Origin: the human T2T-CHM13v2.0 reference genome, Homo sapiens
DNA length: 64,000 nt
Assembly (NCBI RefSeq): GCF_009914755.1
Contig: NC_060926.1
Reading direction: 5' to 3' (one strand)
Part shown: positions 34,201 to 53,385 of the stretch, piece by piece
Layout: each line of letters opens with the position of its first letter
Position numbering within the stretch: position 1 is the first letter of the stretch
Notes under the pieces: model-generated
Seen by the model: the letters and a program-made list of their open reading frames with translations, nothing else
What the model was told of the DNA's origin: nothing
Databases searched by the model: none
Position numbers and translations under genes: made by a program

Positions 34201-37200
34201 GAATTGAAGCAGTGTGCATTTTAACATTTGGCTAATCCAAGGGAGTTCAGAGAGTGGCAACTGCACACTGTAACAGAGGTCTGACATATGAAAAGTGTTC
34301 TACACCCATTGTTGTATTTCATCCTCACCACGGTCTAATTAGGAAGGTATCGCCACTCCACCAGAGGAGAAGGAAAACTGAGAGTCAAAGAGATTTTTTC
34401 CAAAGATTTACAGCTAGTAAGTGATGGAGCTGGGAGTTACATCTGGGAACATGTGTTGTCTCCAGAGCTATGTGCTTTCTATGTGCTAACGACACCACAC
34501 TGAAATAGGGGAGATAAAAACTGTGCTTTAGAAATGTTCTGAAATCCATGGTGTAAGCCTGCAGCACTGTAGTGGACCACTGGCAACCACCAGCAACAGA
34601 TGGCCGAGGCAGGTCTTTTTAAACAAAAGCCACACTGTGCTCCAGTGGAGGAGCTAGTGGTGCAAACAGGAGCAAGCACCGTCAGAAGTGGCTGAGGCTG
34701 TGAATGAAAGCACAGTGCTCAGGGCGAACACTGTGGAAGGACTCATCATTTCACAGTGGGCTCATTAGCATTTCCTCACACACAGGCAGTGACCACCATT
34801 GTGGGGTATCACCCTTGGATAAAGCACAGCTGAAATATCAGATGCTCAGAGGTAAATTTAAAATTTTATATCTGTACTTTAGAAATATGAGTGCTTCATA
34901 AATATGAGGCATTAAAATGATTTAGCATCTACAAAGCAGTCTGGGAAGAGGAACGGTTTTATCAGACTGGTCTCATAAAGCTTGCTGACTGCCAAAACAA
35001 TAGTGCCAAAAAGGAATTCGGTTCAGACAACTCGGGGAAGCTTATTATACCGCCAACTTGAACTTTTCTTCTTTTCCCACTAAAACATGTTTTGGAAAAT
35101 ATATGTATGTATCCTATTGTATAGGGAACTTCAAAAGGCTCAAGTGGACCACTGCAGAAACCTCAGAATACTGTCTTGAGAATACTTCAAAGATTTCCAA
35201 AACACATCAGTATAAAACATCTTCACTGTAAATTCAAGATGCCAATTGGGTTGCCAGTAAAGGCAAAGTTTAATATTCCCAGATGTTACTATACAGTATC
35301 TATGATATGTTGGCTGAATAGGGTATGCACATTTGCACATCATGGTATTTTTTCAAAATGTAAATTTAGTCCCTGGAGATATAACAATAGCAAGGCTGAA
35401 TAAATTGTCTAAAAATTAAAATTCATATTTTTTTGTTAGTTTAAAAGATGGGGGAAAGCAGAGAGCAATAAAGCTAATTCATATACTAAATGTCATTTAA
35501 AAAATTGAGATAGTACCCCCAAAATCTTAAAAGCATGAATAGATCTGAAATAAATAGCTTTTTATTTTGGCAGTGATTATTCCCATTACCAGAACTTCGT
35601 GAGCATGCAATGAAAGCTAAGTATGCTCAATTACTTAATAAACTCTCTTTTTGAGAGGGTATCATAGCATACTCCATGTAAAAAGCATCTTCTATATTAA
35701 GACAGTTGAATTCTTTCTAGAATGTTCAAAACAAAATGAAGCATGATAATTTTACAACATCAAAGAAGACATACCTACATTAAAGAACTATTTTGGAGGA
35801 TTTAGTAGTTCACAGCATCTTTGTCCTTGTTGGAGGTCATAGCAAGGATAGAATTGTGGAAGCAATTTGATTATGGAAGCTTTCTTTTACTTCACTTTAT
35901 TTGTAGTTAAGCCTCAGTGGTGATAACCATAAAAAGTATTTTTAAGTACAAAGTTATTTTGGTTAACCCAAAGAACAATGTTTATCCAGTCGCTGTCTAG
36001 TTTAATTATTAAAAGGATTTTGAACTCAAAATATCATTATTGAAAGCAGAAAGGAAAAGTTGTCAAGTATGTATGTCTTTTATACAGGTAATATGGCTGA
36101 AGTATCAGTCTCCAAATACTTTGGTGTTGTGTAAGGATCTTCAAGGTAGAGGTCAGTAAACTAGGTTTCTAGACTCTATCACTAACCAGTCACGTGACCT
36201 AGGAAAAATAATTGCAGCTCTTTGCAACTATGTTTCTTCATTTTCAAAATAACATTGGATTAGACTAGTTTTTCTGACCAGCTTCATCACTGGAGGCCCT
36301 CGTTTCAGCAGCCGTCTTGGGACTCCTGATTGGGAACCTTTGATTAGCCTATGTGGTCAATTTGAGGTCAAACATACAATGTCTATCAGGTGTTAAGCTC
36401 AGATCATTGAAGTCCCAAGGTTTCCTTCCAACACTAACAGTCTATGATCTTGGGACTTATTTGGTGCCTATCCTTCAATCATCATCGACAATAATGAGTT
36501 ATGGAATACCTATTATTTTACCACATTGTGCTAGTCAAGAGGATACTAAAAGGTTTAAAAGATTCCTGCTAGATCTGGTTGGGAAGATGGGTTAGATAGA
36601 TAAAATTAAGGAAACAGAGTATTGTATACTGGGTGGGAATGACAACCTAGGCCCAGGGCATTTGGGAAGACCTTCAAAGAGGGGACTTTAGAGAGGTTAA
36701 GGTAGAATGTGGCAATGTGGTGATAAGGTCTTAACAGACAAGATAAATGGAGTCACCAGAAACATGAGAGCTGGAATATTCAATGCCTGGCTTAGAATAA
36801 AGAGTAAGGTAGTTTGGCTGGAAAGAATTGTGTTATTATTTAATGAGTCTTTAATCCCAAATTGTATACAGCAGCTTAGCTGTTATTTTAGCAAATGTGG
36901 TAGCTATTATTGCTATATTTAGCCAACCTGTGGTACATCAGAGTATCCAACTGTTTACAATTACTTTTATTAACCCTAGGGAAATTATTGATGTGTCTCA
37001 GAATGTAACACTGACACAGTGGAACAATCGACGAATATTTATTGAATCCATATAGTGTGCGAGTCTTTATGGGGTATAAAACTGGATTGGAAAGTTTCTT
37101 GCCCTAAGGGAAAAAACTAGTTGCAGTTATAAAATGGCTGCAAGGAAAAAACCAAAATAAGGTACAAGGCTATATAGTGAATTTAGCACTTTTCAAAATG

Positions 37201-37400
37201 TAAACCTTCAAGCAACCCACAGTTACAAAAGTGATCTTATTCATACCCATGATGAGAAAGATTACCTTGGTACACTGATCACCCCAAGCCTGTAGCTCTG
37301 GTCCAGGTTACTTCACCCCACCAACTCTAGGACAGGATTCCTTTACATTTGTTCACACTACATATCCTCTACCTAGTGACCTCCAAACATTCCAAAGTTT

Positions 37401-39064
<1,664 letters not shown>

Positions 39065-40609
39065 CACACCCCACTTTTGTATATTGGATGTGGCTTCTGA
39101 TGATGATGACAATAAGGATGCTTGCTTTCCCCCGCCCTCTGCAGGGTTCCCCTGGGTGCTGCATTCCTCCACAGCCACTTTCCTCCTGATACCTGCCTCA
39201 CTCTGATGTTTTCCATTCCAAAGTTTAAGTTCCAAATAGAATACATGTTTTTTCTCCCTGACACATCATCTCCCCTGCACCCCACAACAAGCAAATATAA
39301 GAAAAACAGAAACCACTTCAATTGACACCTCCATTCCCCACAAAACAACAAAACCCCACCAAACCATTCTTTCCCTGACAATTCCAATTGGTGAATGGTA
39401 CTACTTCCAGCAACCCAGTCCCCAGGTCAGAAGATTTGGGCACTGGAAGAAAGCCACAGTGGGATCGGGGAAGATTGTGTACCTGAAAGGGTAGTGACAA
39501 AGGATTTCCATGAGGCCGAGGGATGTGTTTGTCCTGTTCATTGTATTTCTACAGGACCGGGAACAGTAATTGGCACTAAGTAATTGTTTAGTAAGCATTT
39601 GTCAGATTAAGCAGAAATTTGCTCAAACATAGAAATTATTGCCTTATCAAAAGGGGGGAATACTTTACTATATCCTTTTGTTCTTTCCTTGACAGCATAA
39701 AGTTTGATCCACAGATTCTTGAACTGGTATGATCAGTACTTTGGTTCTGTTTCATCAAAGGCTGAATAGACTTTTGTGAGCTAGCTCTGAAATTTAAGCA
39801 GCATTTATAATGGGACTTCTGAGGGAAATGGTATTTAGCATTTCAAGCAGCCAATTTACAAACGTGCTTTTGGAACACATCCTGTTTATAAAATTGGGGG
39901 TTCTCTGTATTCATTATGATAAATATTAAATGGATGTGTCAGATACTAGACACTAAAGGTGTGCTGAAGAGGGCAAGATTGCTTCCAGTGGGGTAGGTGA
40001 GAGATCTTTTCAAGATGGAGGATTTATGCAGAGCCTTTAAGAATAGGTGGGAGTTGGAAAGGCAGAGAGAAGGTAGAAGGGAAAACTAGATGACAGGAAA
40101 ATTATGAGCAAATGCAAGAATTAACAAGGAGAGCAAAGGGATAATGAGTAAATGTTTAAGTTGTGCACAGAAGTATCTGATATGCAGAAAACATGTTACC
40201 ACAAGAGTAGCATTTTAGCAAGATTAATCTCAGGGTTACCTGTGGCATGATTTGGAGTTGGGCAAGACTGGAAACAGGAAATCAATTAAGAGTCTGTTTC
40301 GTAAGTCCTGACATGAGTCAATGGTCCAAACAAGAGTGGTAGTAAATATGCAAAGAAAATGGAAAAAGACAATAGGAAATGAATTGTATTTTATTATTAA
40401 TACTTCACAGAGCAGAAAATATATCCAGGTCTTTTGTTTTATAGTAAATGTATAAACTACAGTGAGATGTTCTCTGAAATATTCTTTAGTAAGGTCTTGC
40501 ATTATTTCTGTTGAAGGTACTTTTGTTTATGTAAAAGACATATTGAATAATGTATAATTATACTGACAGTTGACCTTTTCATTATTAAAAAGACACACTG
40601 GCATTTCTA

Positions 40610-40981
<372 letters not shown>

Positions 40982-41664
40982 CTAAGAAAAATCATTTGGA
41001 AACTTAGGGTAAAATCAAACATATCCATGCACCAAAAATGAAGAAGGAATTGAAAACCAAAGTGGTGCCGGGGAAGATGATGTTATGGTTGCCTGAAGGA
41101 TTTGTTGGTCTCATTAACCTAGAGCCTTGGGTTTACTCTCCCATGCAAGACCTTGTGCCAGTGACAGGTTAGATTCCCACATACTGCTAGACCTCTCAAA
41201 AGGTTCTGACCTCAAAAAAAAAAAGAGCTAGCTAACAGAAAAATGTCTACCAACACAGGAAGGTAACAAGAAAGCTTGATTTTCATGTATGCTCCACATG
41301 GACCAAAATAGTATCCTCTTAAAATTCGTAACCACAAGCCCTCATTTGTCATTTGAACTTACACCACTTGTAGAACCCAGGAACTCTCCCACACTGAGAA
41401 ATTAACCTAAAAAAAGTAATCAAGGTCAGGCTGGTAAACCTCCAGGGTGCTTGGTGGAGGCAAATGCAATATCTTTCTGGAGGGTTACCTCTTACACCCT
41501 AGTTGCACATAAATTCCATACACAAGCAGAGCAGGTAAAAACTTACAAAAGACACAAGGAAATAATCTACTATGAGTGAGAGTTAGCAGATATATCAAAT
41601 AGCATGATTATATTTCAAGAGCTTCAATTAATATAAGTATTGGTTAGTTAGATATTACAAAATC

Positions 41665-41960
<296 letters not shown>

Positions 41961-44407
41961 TACAAAATCTTTATATACTTGAAGACTTCAAAAAAGAAAT
42001 TAAAAACAATAGAAAAGAGTAAGTCATTAACTTTAAAAAAAGATATTTTGAGACCTCATTCTGGGCAGGTTATTGGGAAAAGGGACAAAGTTGGGCACAA
42101 AGCAGGGCTAAGATGAATGTCTGGGAATTGTCAACACTTCAAACCTAGTGTCCAAGGGGCTAGCGTGAACTTCCACTCTATTCAATTAATACTGATACTT
42201 AAAATGTCAGATTTTCTTAGTGAAGCCTCATGGCATGGATCTTCATTAAGTGGTGATAATTTAAGTAAAATGGAAGAATAGTGGCTGTGAAATTCTGTTT
42301 AGTTCAAAGCAAGACTCTAGCTACCAGGTAGCAGGGGTGGAGGGGTCAGAGTAGGGGTGGAAGATAGCAGCTGACAAGGACTTGGGTGACTGTCAAGACC
42401 CTGGTCAAGAAGGCTTGAATGTAGGGAAGATGTATATCCTACAAGATAAATTGGGAAAGAAGTCCTGTAATACAGATTAGGCATGCATGAGGAAGATAGA
42501 AAGCAGGAATGACATAGTTCAGGGTTGGAAATATGGGTACCCTGGATACAAGACTTAGGTTAACATGGCTAGTTCCAGACCCTACATGCTGATGGGAATG
42601 GAGTTTCCAATATGCTGCCAGGCTTTCTTGCTCAGATCTTGAGCAAATTTAGGGCCTACTGCTAGTTGGAGTTTCATGAGGCAGGAACTGATACAACCAA
42701 CTATATTTATATGTCCACTTATCTCTAGACTGTGCAATACCCTTAAGTCTTAAAAAATGAATCTTACATTAGTATTGGGTAATAAAACAACTGTCATCCC
42801 TTTAACTTTATTCAAAACATCATGCAAAAATACTTCTTTTTGCAGACATGACTTCTATTTGAATGAATGTTGAATCTCACTGAACACATTTATGATAAGT
42901 CCATCCAATTCTGCTATCTGGCTTCCACTATCACTATAATTTCTTTTAAGGTGTTTATAAAACAAAAAGCACTTTTTTGCTGATAAAGTATCTTTACGGG
43001 AGTAATTTTTCATTTTAGAAAATTTTACTTTGAACTTTCCAGGATTTCCCCCAAAGTTTAGAATGTTTTCTGTTAGAGAGATGGAATCCCAGTTGGCCCT
43101 CATCTCTCCACCTTAATGGCCTGCTGTATTGCTGTCCAACTGCAGGGTCAGTCCAGATGAGCTGCTCCCTTCTTTCTGGAAATAGCCTACAGCTTCCCTA
43201 CTCCTAGGGTTGAGGGTTTGCTTCTGAGAACCACAAGGTCGTCTGGCCCTTTTGGGTCAGATCTCTTGGGAACTGATGCTGCCAAATTGCATTTGAGATT
43301 CCAAATTCTCTGGGACCCTTGACTCAAATGGCTCCTTGTTCTTCCCCTCTGCCCTCCACAGAGCCCTCCTCCTCAGCGCATCCTCTTGCTGTCCCCATCT
43401 CAGTCTCCAGCTCACAGTTCCTGCTTTAGAGGATTTTCAGCATTCTGTTCAGCTGGAACTGTGCAAAATGCCAGGAGTACCAGCAATCTTCCAGAGTTAG
43501 AAAGTGCTGTTTCCCATAAAATAAAATAGGATTCTGAGCTTCTATGTTTGACTTTGAAGGCAGAGAGAAAGCTAAGGAAGATTAGTTTACAGTGTGCTCT
43601 AAAATTTCCAAAGTGTATTCCATGATACATCTCATCTTGAGAAATGCCTAGGAGAAAAACGAGCTTGGTCAAAGTACTTCAGGTGAAATTGGTTAAAGAA
43701 ATTTATAGAAATCTGCATACTATCCTTGTTCATAGAAATTTGCAATCCACAGCAGCATGCTAACAGCCCTGAGAAGCCCTGTAGTGAGGTAACCTGTTTG
43801 ACTTTGATTAATACAGTGTTTTCCAAACTTTTTGACCACTGCAACTTTTTTTGGAATAATACATATTATCATCCAGAAGAAGCTAGAATGCTGGGGACCA
43901 CACTTTGGAAAACACTAGAACCACCTGCACCTAATGGCATTGACTCAGGCCTCATTTCCTTTGCAGCTACTGTTGTCTTTGCCAGAGAAGCTCATTTTCC
44001 CTTTCTGGACCTTTCTTCTTTCTTGGTCTCTGTGATGTTCCTTATTCTAGTGCTCCTCCTACCTCCTCATGGTGTCCTAAAACTGGGTGTTCTCCAAGGT
44101 CCAGGCCTCAGCTCAGTTCTTTCTTTTCTTCCTTAGGGGTCACATTCTATATATTGTCTTCAATCATCACTCATATATGGACTTAAAAAATTAATCCCTA
44201 CTATCTCTCCAAGCTCTAGTGCTGCATCTCAAAATGCCCCAGAACGTTTTCACTCGTATATTTTGCTGGCACCTCAAATTCAACATATTTATATCTCACT
44301 TTCCACAAAATGCAGGCTTTTTTGACTTCCCCCAAGGACTGGTCACTTTGGCTATGATTTTTGTGGACAATATATTTTTAGAAATATTAAATAAGGGCTT
44401 CATTTGA

Positions 44408-44849
<442 letters not shown>

Positions 44850-45452
44850 GAAATGATATCACTCTTAATGTCCTTTTATTAAAATCACAAAGGATAACCT
44901 CTATTTAGTCACCAAAGTTAACTATTTAACATTTAAAATATAAGGCAAAATGTCAAAAATGAATAGCCTTCATATACATAACCAATAACCAGTTACAGTC
45001 CATAAAATTACAGAAAAATCCCATTTTAATAGCAATAAAGAAGATTAAAAACTCAGGAATAAACATAATATGAAATATGCAAAACCTAGATGTGAACAAT
45101 TTAAAACACTCCTGAAAGCCAGAAAAGTAGACTTGTGCAAATGGAAAGACAATCTCTATTCTTGGGTAAGATAAGTCAATATTATAAACATGTCAGTTAT
45201 CCTTAAATCAATTTATAGATTTAATGCAATCTCAATGAAAATACCAAGAAGCTTTTTTATGGAGTTGTATAAATTGACACAAAGTTCATGTGGAAAAACA
45301 AACATGCAAGAATAGTCAGGATAACACTGAAAAACAAAAACTGCAAGAGAAGAAAAACACTGAAAAAGATAAAGTACTTCATGTAAAAAGGGGGTTTTAA
45401 GAAAATAAACATTTATCTGCTCACTTTTGAAAAAGGAATGCAAGAGGGATAA

Positions 45453-46190
<738 letters not shown>

Positions 46191-46707
46191 TAGCTCTGAC
46201 TATCATAAACACGGTAACAGCCCATATATCCACCTCCCCAAATAAATAATTAAAATCACCCAGGATGTGGGGGAACCCCAAATGGAATATGAAGAATGGT
46301 AGATGAAACTAAGTGCATTAAATGAATAACATAATCACACTGAAGTAAGTGGGGAAGGAAAGAACTAACTTGAGTATCCTTGGAAAATAGTATTTTGACT
46401 ATAAACTGTAAGATGAAAGACCAAAAATCTGGATAGAAATATTGTACTCTAATTAGTAAATTTGTTTCTTGGGGAGATGGGTTTGCAATTCTTAAAGTAC
46501 TTTATGTGTACACATTACTATGATTGAACAAATAAGAAAATATATTGTGGATAATGAGAGCCAGGTTTCCCACTGTCAGAGAAAAATTTACAAATAAGGA
46601 AAGAGGGGAAGGCTAAGAATGAACTTTGTGTTGGATTAAAATGGAAGGTATCAGTATAAATTCATGGTTTTATATACACATACACACACAGATATTTTTA
46701 GAAATAA

Positions 46708-47195
<488 letters not shown>

Positions 47196-50100
47196 TAAAA
47201 GAAACCAAGGCTCCTTGGAAAATGATTGCTTCTGTGTCTGGGGCAGGGAAAGTAGAAAATTAGTCTAGAACATCTTCTAGCACCAGAAAATAAGGAAATA
47301 AAGAATTGTTCAAAAGACAATACAGGCATTTTTGGAAGGACACAGAAATCAACTTGAAAGATCGCCAATAGACCAATCTGGGAAAATTTGAGCCAAAAAA
47401 AAAAAAAGTTAGTTTTTGGTTATAACCAATAGGATTCCTAAAATAAACATCCATACATTCATACTGATATAAATAATCAAATAAATAAATGAAGGGGGAG
47501 AAGGCACAACTCTTCTTTACAAGTAGAATTTAAATGAATAAATGTAGAAAAAATGTTAAAAATATTATGGAAAGTCACCATTAGGCAAACACCAAAGCAA
47601 TCATTGTTGCAGGCAAGAACCATCTACTGATAACTAAAGTTGCTCGACAAAAGTATGATTACAAACAGGGTTTTTCATAGTCTCAAAGTATCTCCCACAA
47701 TGTGCTTATTAATTACAAAGAAAATAAAGTTACTTTATAATGGAGAAACCTGGCAGATACTACCTTAACTAAAAGATCACATTTAACATTACCAGTAATA
47801 AAATATATTGATGTGTACCCCGTAACATGATGTACTGGCAAAAGCACAATGTTGCTTCAATGGTATGCTTGCCAAAAACACATAACCTCAATTTATCATG
47901 AGAAATATCAGGCAAACTCAAATTAAGAGACATTGCACAAAAGAACTGACTAGTATTTATCAAAAGTGTCAATGTCATGGAAGACAAAGATAAAAGAAAA
48001 ACTGAGGAACTGTCACTGATTGGAAACTAGGGACATGACAACTAAATGCAATGTGAGATCCTGGACCAGAAGAAGGAAGTTAGTGGGAAAATGGAAGAAA
48101 TCAGAATAAACTTCGTAGATTGGTCAATTGTATTATAATTTCGTGGTTTCAATAATTTTACTATGTTATATTTTATACTTAACAAATACATGTGCATTTT
48201 ACAAATACAAGTACACTACATTTGCAAATACCACTTTGTATTTACATAAAATAAAAAATTCTATTTCTCTATTAGATATTAACATTAGAGAAATCTGAGT
48301 GAAGGGCATATGAGAATTATCTGTACAATGTTTGCCACTTTTCTATAAGTCTAAAATTATTCAAAATAAAAGTTAAAGGCAATTAGATAAATTAGCACAT
48401 AATTTTCAGCTTTTAGGAGTAAATAATACTCAAGAACTGAAATTTTAAAAACTACTGAGAAAGCAATGATATTTAATTTAATTTTTGGCCTGTTACAGTA
48501 TATTTTAATCCAATTTACATTTTCTTTAAAGTATTTTCTATGTAGCAGAGTAGCACAGTAGAAGCATGCTGGGCCCATAAAGTATTTTCTTATGACAACA
48601 TAATCTGGCAGAGCTGGTAAGCTTAACATGCTTTCTGGCATGCCAATTTTTTTCTAAAATCCTGTGTCTTGCTGTTAACATACAGTTCAACATGTTAATG
48701 GGCATTAAGGAAAAGTTAAGAGATATAAGAAAAATATACAGGTTACTTATATGACCTTTAAATTGTTGTTAGAGACCAAAGTAAATTTATTATTATTTTT
48801 AAAAAGTTATTAAGTATTATCTTTGTTTACCCTGACTTCATTTAATTTTAAGACACTAAAATTGTTTTCCATATTTGCGTTTTTGCATGTGCCCAACTAT
48901 ACTCCTAGATATATAAGCTAGTTCTCTTTTCTCAGCTGTGTAGGGATCTAGTTACAAATCCTCTGGAGAAAACTGGATGAGGGAGTTGTGTGGAGAAATT
49001 GAATTCTCTGATCCTTTCCTAAGCTAGTGAAAGGCCTTCTTGAGTTTTTAATACTTCAGCCTTAGATTGCAGTGTAGATGCAGCTGATGTGCTTGGAGTG
49101 CTCCATACAAAAAATATCCTTTTTTTCCTGAACTGGAGGGGTAGCCTGACAGCACTACTGGCATTTTAAAAACAACTTTAAACAAAGCAGAGGAAGATGG
49201 GATTTTTAATACTTGGAATTAGGTCCTTTACTTGCAGTAAAATGCAGAAAAACTAAATAGAATATAAGTTCATGTGGATTCATGTGAGTAACTGGCTTCA
49301 ACAGGGAAGAGAATATTTAGTCAATTAAAAAAATCCAGAGAAAAAATGGAAATGATTGCTGTGATTGGCAGGAGGAACTACTATCTGATATTAGTTGTTT
49401 TTATTCCTTTTGAGTTCCTGTGCTTTATTTCTGGGATACTGTTAAGAAAAAGAAAAAGGAAGTTGGCAAGATACCAAATATTTCATACTAACCAGCAGCT
49501 TAAAATGGTTGCTTTCAATAATTTTGAAGAGTTAAATGGTGTGATGTTTTCATTTTATGTAGGAAGGAAGGGATTGCTATGAACAAAGCATGTTGTGCCT
49601 CTGAGGAATTGTGAGGCTCAAGCATGTACCAAAACAAGGTTGGTCATTATTCTTGTGAATGCTGAGATATTTGATGATGTTTCAAATATCTGAAATTATT
49701 GAAGGTGCATTTTCTATTAGCCCGGTTAGTTATTTTTCAGATATCCAAATTTTGGAAAGTCATTTGGTATACTTGCAAGGGCATATCACTTACCCTGAAG
49801 AGTGTGGTAGCTGTGCAACATGGCAACATAAAACCTTTCTTAGATAACATTGCCTGTAACTTTGAATGTGTTTGTACACTCTTTCAGTAGCATGTATTAC
49901 ACTGTGTTGAAATGGCCTGTTTGCTTGACCATCTTCTTAATTGGATGGTAAACCCCTGGAGAGCAGACACTGACTTCTGTTCACCATGTATCTCTAGATG
50001 TTGAGGACCCAACATTCCAAAATGAGATTCAATAATTACCTGAAGAATGAATGAGTGAATGAATCTCATTCTCTACTATAGATTCTGATTTGAACAGAAG

Positions 50101-50498
50101 GCAAAGGAAAATGGTGATGACCATGCTGTTTTGCATTATTGCCAGCTTTATATTAGAGGGACCTATTTCTCCATCATGGCAGCGTCTTCCTCAAAGTAGT
50201 TCCAAGTATTCAGGAGTCCTTTCAAATTTCTGCTTTCTTAGGGTAAACTCCTTACCAGTTATTTGCCAATGCTCTTGCTTCAGGGTTCCTTAAGCATCAT
50301 TGCCATCCTTTCAGCTTTGTTTAGGGGCTATAAGGTAAAATGTAACAACTCAAATACAGTTTAAAACCAATGTCAAATTAACAAAAGTGTCTATAACTGG
50401 TCTACAAAGTTTGCCAATTTCTCCCTGCTTAACACATTATTTAGTATTCAACAATAGAAATCACATATCCAGATGTGTCTTGCCCATTTGTATACAGT

Positions 50499-50806
50499 CT
50501 TTTTTTTTTTTTTTTTTTTTTTTTTGAGATGGAGTCTCCCTCTGTCGCCCAGGCTGGAGTGCAGTGGCGCGATCTCTGCTCACCGCAAGCTCTGCCTCCG
50601 GGGTTCACGCCATTCTCCTGCCTCATCCTCCTGAGTAGCTGGGACTACAGGCGCCCGCCACCACGCCTGGCTAATTTTTTGTATTTTTAGTAGAGATGGG
50701 GTTTCATCGTATTAGCCAGGATGGTCTCGATCTCCTGACCTCGTGACCCCCCCGCCTTGGCCTCCCAAAGTGCTGGGATTACAGGTGTGAGCCACCGCGC
50801 CTAGCC
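50499..50806 (-). mobile_element. AluY
   Basis: Y diagnostics (gttcacgccattctcc, agccaggatggtctcgatctcc); long pure T tract. Confidence 0.93.
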
Positions 50807-51618
50807 GGTGTTGTTGTTCTGTCTGCACATGTTCTCTCATTATTACCATAAGAGTGAATCTCTGCCATGGAACATCAAACATGGAGCTGGTTTGAAATAG
50901 CCTGTCAGCAGTATAATTAATAGACTGTCTATTATGCAAGACCTGGATGCAGACAGATTAGAGCACTTGCTATATTAGTCATTTTTAAAGAAGTTCTACC
51001 CAGTGTGACAAAAACACCCTTTTTCCCCAAATGGTAAAAGTGGCATAAAAATATTCCAGGAAGTTTAGATGGCAGCAAAAAATAAAAATAAAAATCCCAT
51101 GTTGCCTTGATATAACAGTGTTATCACATTTGAGAAATCCCATCCAGTTTTTTTATATACATGCTTTTTTGCATTCTTGTATTCACAAGAAAATACATTT
51201 TACATTCTGCTGTTTTTCCTTAACATTGCATCATTTACATTTTTCATGCTATTGCATGGATTTCATACATATTAATTATAGCTTCAGAAAGAAAGTATAT
51301 CCTTGTTAGCCAGATCTGGAAGCACAACATACACCAAAGGATGAGGCAATTGTGTGTGTGTGTTTTCCTTTATCTTATAAATATTAAATTTATTGCTATG
51401 GTGATTTGGTGTTGACTATTTTTGTTAGCATTGTTTAGTGTTAATTATATTTACGTGAAAGAAAGTAGTTACTTTCACATATATATAATACTTCCATTGA
51501 AGGCATCTTCAGTTCTCTTCCTCTTGATTAACCCAATCATCTGAATTCCCCCTCCTACCCACCCCAGGGGTGGTAATTAATGCATCATTATATTTTACTA
51601 CTTCTTTCATAGAAATGA

Positions 51619-51963
<345 letters not shown>

Positions 51964-52071
51964 TGTCTAAGTTTTAAAACGAGTATCCACAGTACAGCAC
52001 TCTAATTCTTACTGTGGACAGCAGTACTATGGTTTTGGCTGTCAAGCATATATATGCTTATATATGTCAAG

Positions 52072-52074
<3 letters not shown>

Positions 52075-52121
<47 letters not shown>
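52075..52121. repeat. (TA)n microsatellite, about 23 units
   Basis: Uninterrupted TA run next to an Alu tail. Confidence 0.97.
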
Positions 52122-52122
<1 letters not shown>

Positions 52123-52124
<2 letters not shown>

Positions 52125-52376
52125 TTGTTTTGTTTTGTTTTTTTTTTCTGAGACAGGGTCTCACTCTGCCTCCCCGGCTGGAATGCAGTGGTGCAATCAC
52201 AGCTCACTGCAGCCTCAGGCTCAAGCAGATCCTCCCGCCAGGTGCATACCACCACGCCGGGCTAATTTTGGTATTTTTTGTAAAGATGGGGTTTCACTAT
52301 GTTGCCCAGGCTGGTCTGAAACCTGCCTCAACCTCCCAAAGTGCAGGGATTACAGGCGTGAGCCACTTCGCCTGAC
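52123..52376 (-). mobile_element. AluJ-type with internal deletions
   Basis: Alu sequence with several gaps; TSD-like tcaagca(t/a)at. Confidence 0.85.
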
Positions 52377-53385
52377 CTCAAGCATATTTTCTCCCATTTT
52401 CCTTCTTGTCACAGGCCACATTTCCCCCTGGCCTGGTAAATCATTCAGCCCATTCACTTGGACAAAGTACTTAATCCAGAGTGAGACCATGCAAGCAAGG
52501 ACAATTATAATTCTTCCCTGAAATGAATACAGCATAAGGAAGTTGGAAGAGAGTAACTCTCTTTACTGTTGGGTTGCCAAGCCTGGAAGATGTCAAGTTG
52601 GTGCTGCTGGCTGCTATTTTTCCTGCCATCTGAGAGAAGGCATGTCTTCAGTTAAAAAGAATAAAGCTGAACAGAGATGAGAGATAGAGAGCTGAAGGAC
52701 TAAGGTATTGGTTCCTAGAACCCTCCATTCTGTTCTGTGAATTATTTCTGTATCTTTTCTTCCACTATGGAGCAATAAAATTAAACTTTCTTAAGCTGAG
52801 TTCTATTGTGTATTTTTTTTTATAACTTGCAACCAGAAAAGTCCTAATACAGTTCCTGTAACTGTAGATAAGACATTACCACCAGCAGCAAAGAGCAGGC
52901 AATAGATAGAGTAAAAAGATTCAGCTCCCTACAATATGGTAAAGCTATGAAAATGAGGCAACATATAGGCTCAAGGTGGAAGAATATTTTGGAAATTTAG
53001 CATCCTAATATCTTTTGAAAAGCAGTTAATATTTGAATAATCTAGGTCCACTACAATCAATATTGCAGGTATTTCCCAAAGCATGGTCAAATATGCCATA
53101 GTTTATGTGACAGTGTGCTAGCCTAAAATAGGGGGTAAGAACAGAAAGCAAGAAAAAGGTAAGAATGTAACAGTCCTGAGTTGGTTATAATTTCTTAGGA
53201 ATTATAAGGGGAGGAAAGGAGTTGAGGGATATAAGGATGAATGACTGTCACATTTATCTACCCTTTTAAAAATATCTTTGTAAACCTTATATATTAGATT
53301 GCTTATAGTTGTCTACAGTTTGTTTCTAAAGCAGTAAAGACTATTAACAGAGGAACTTAAGGCACTGAAGCATAACATTGTTACA

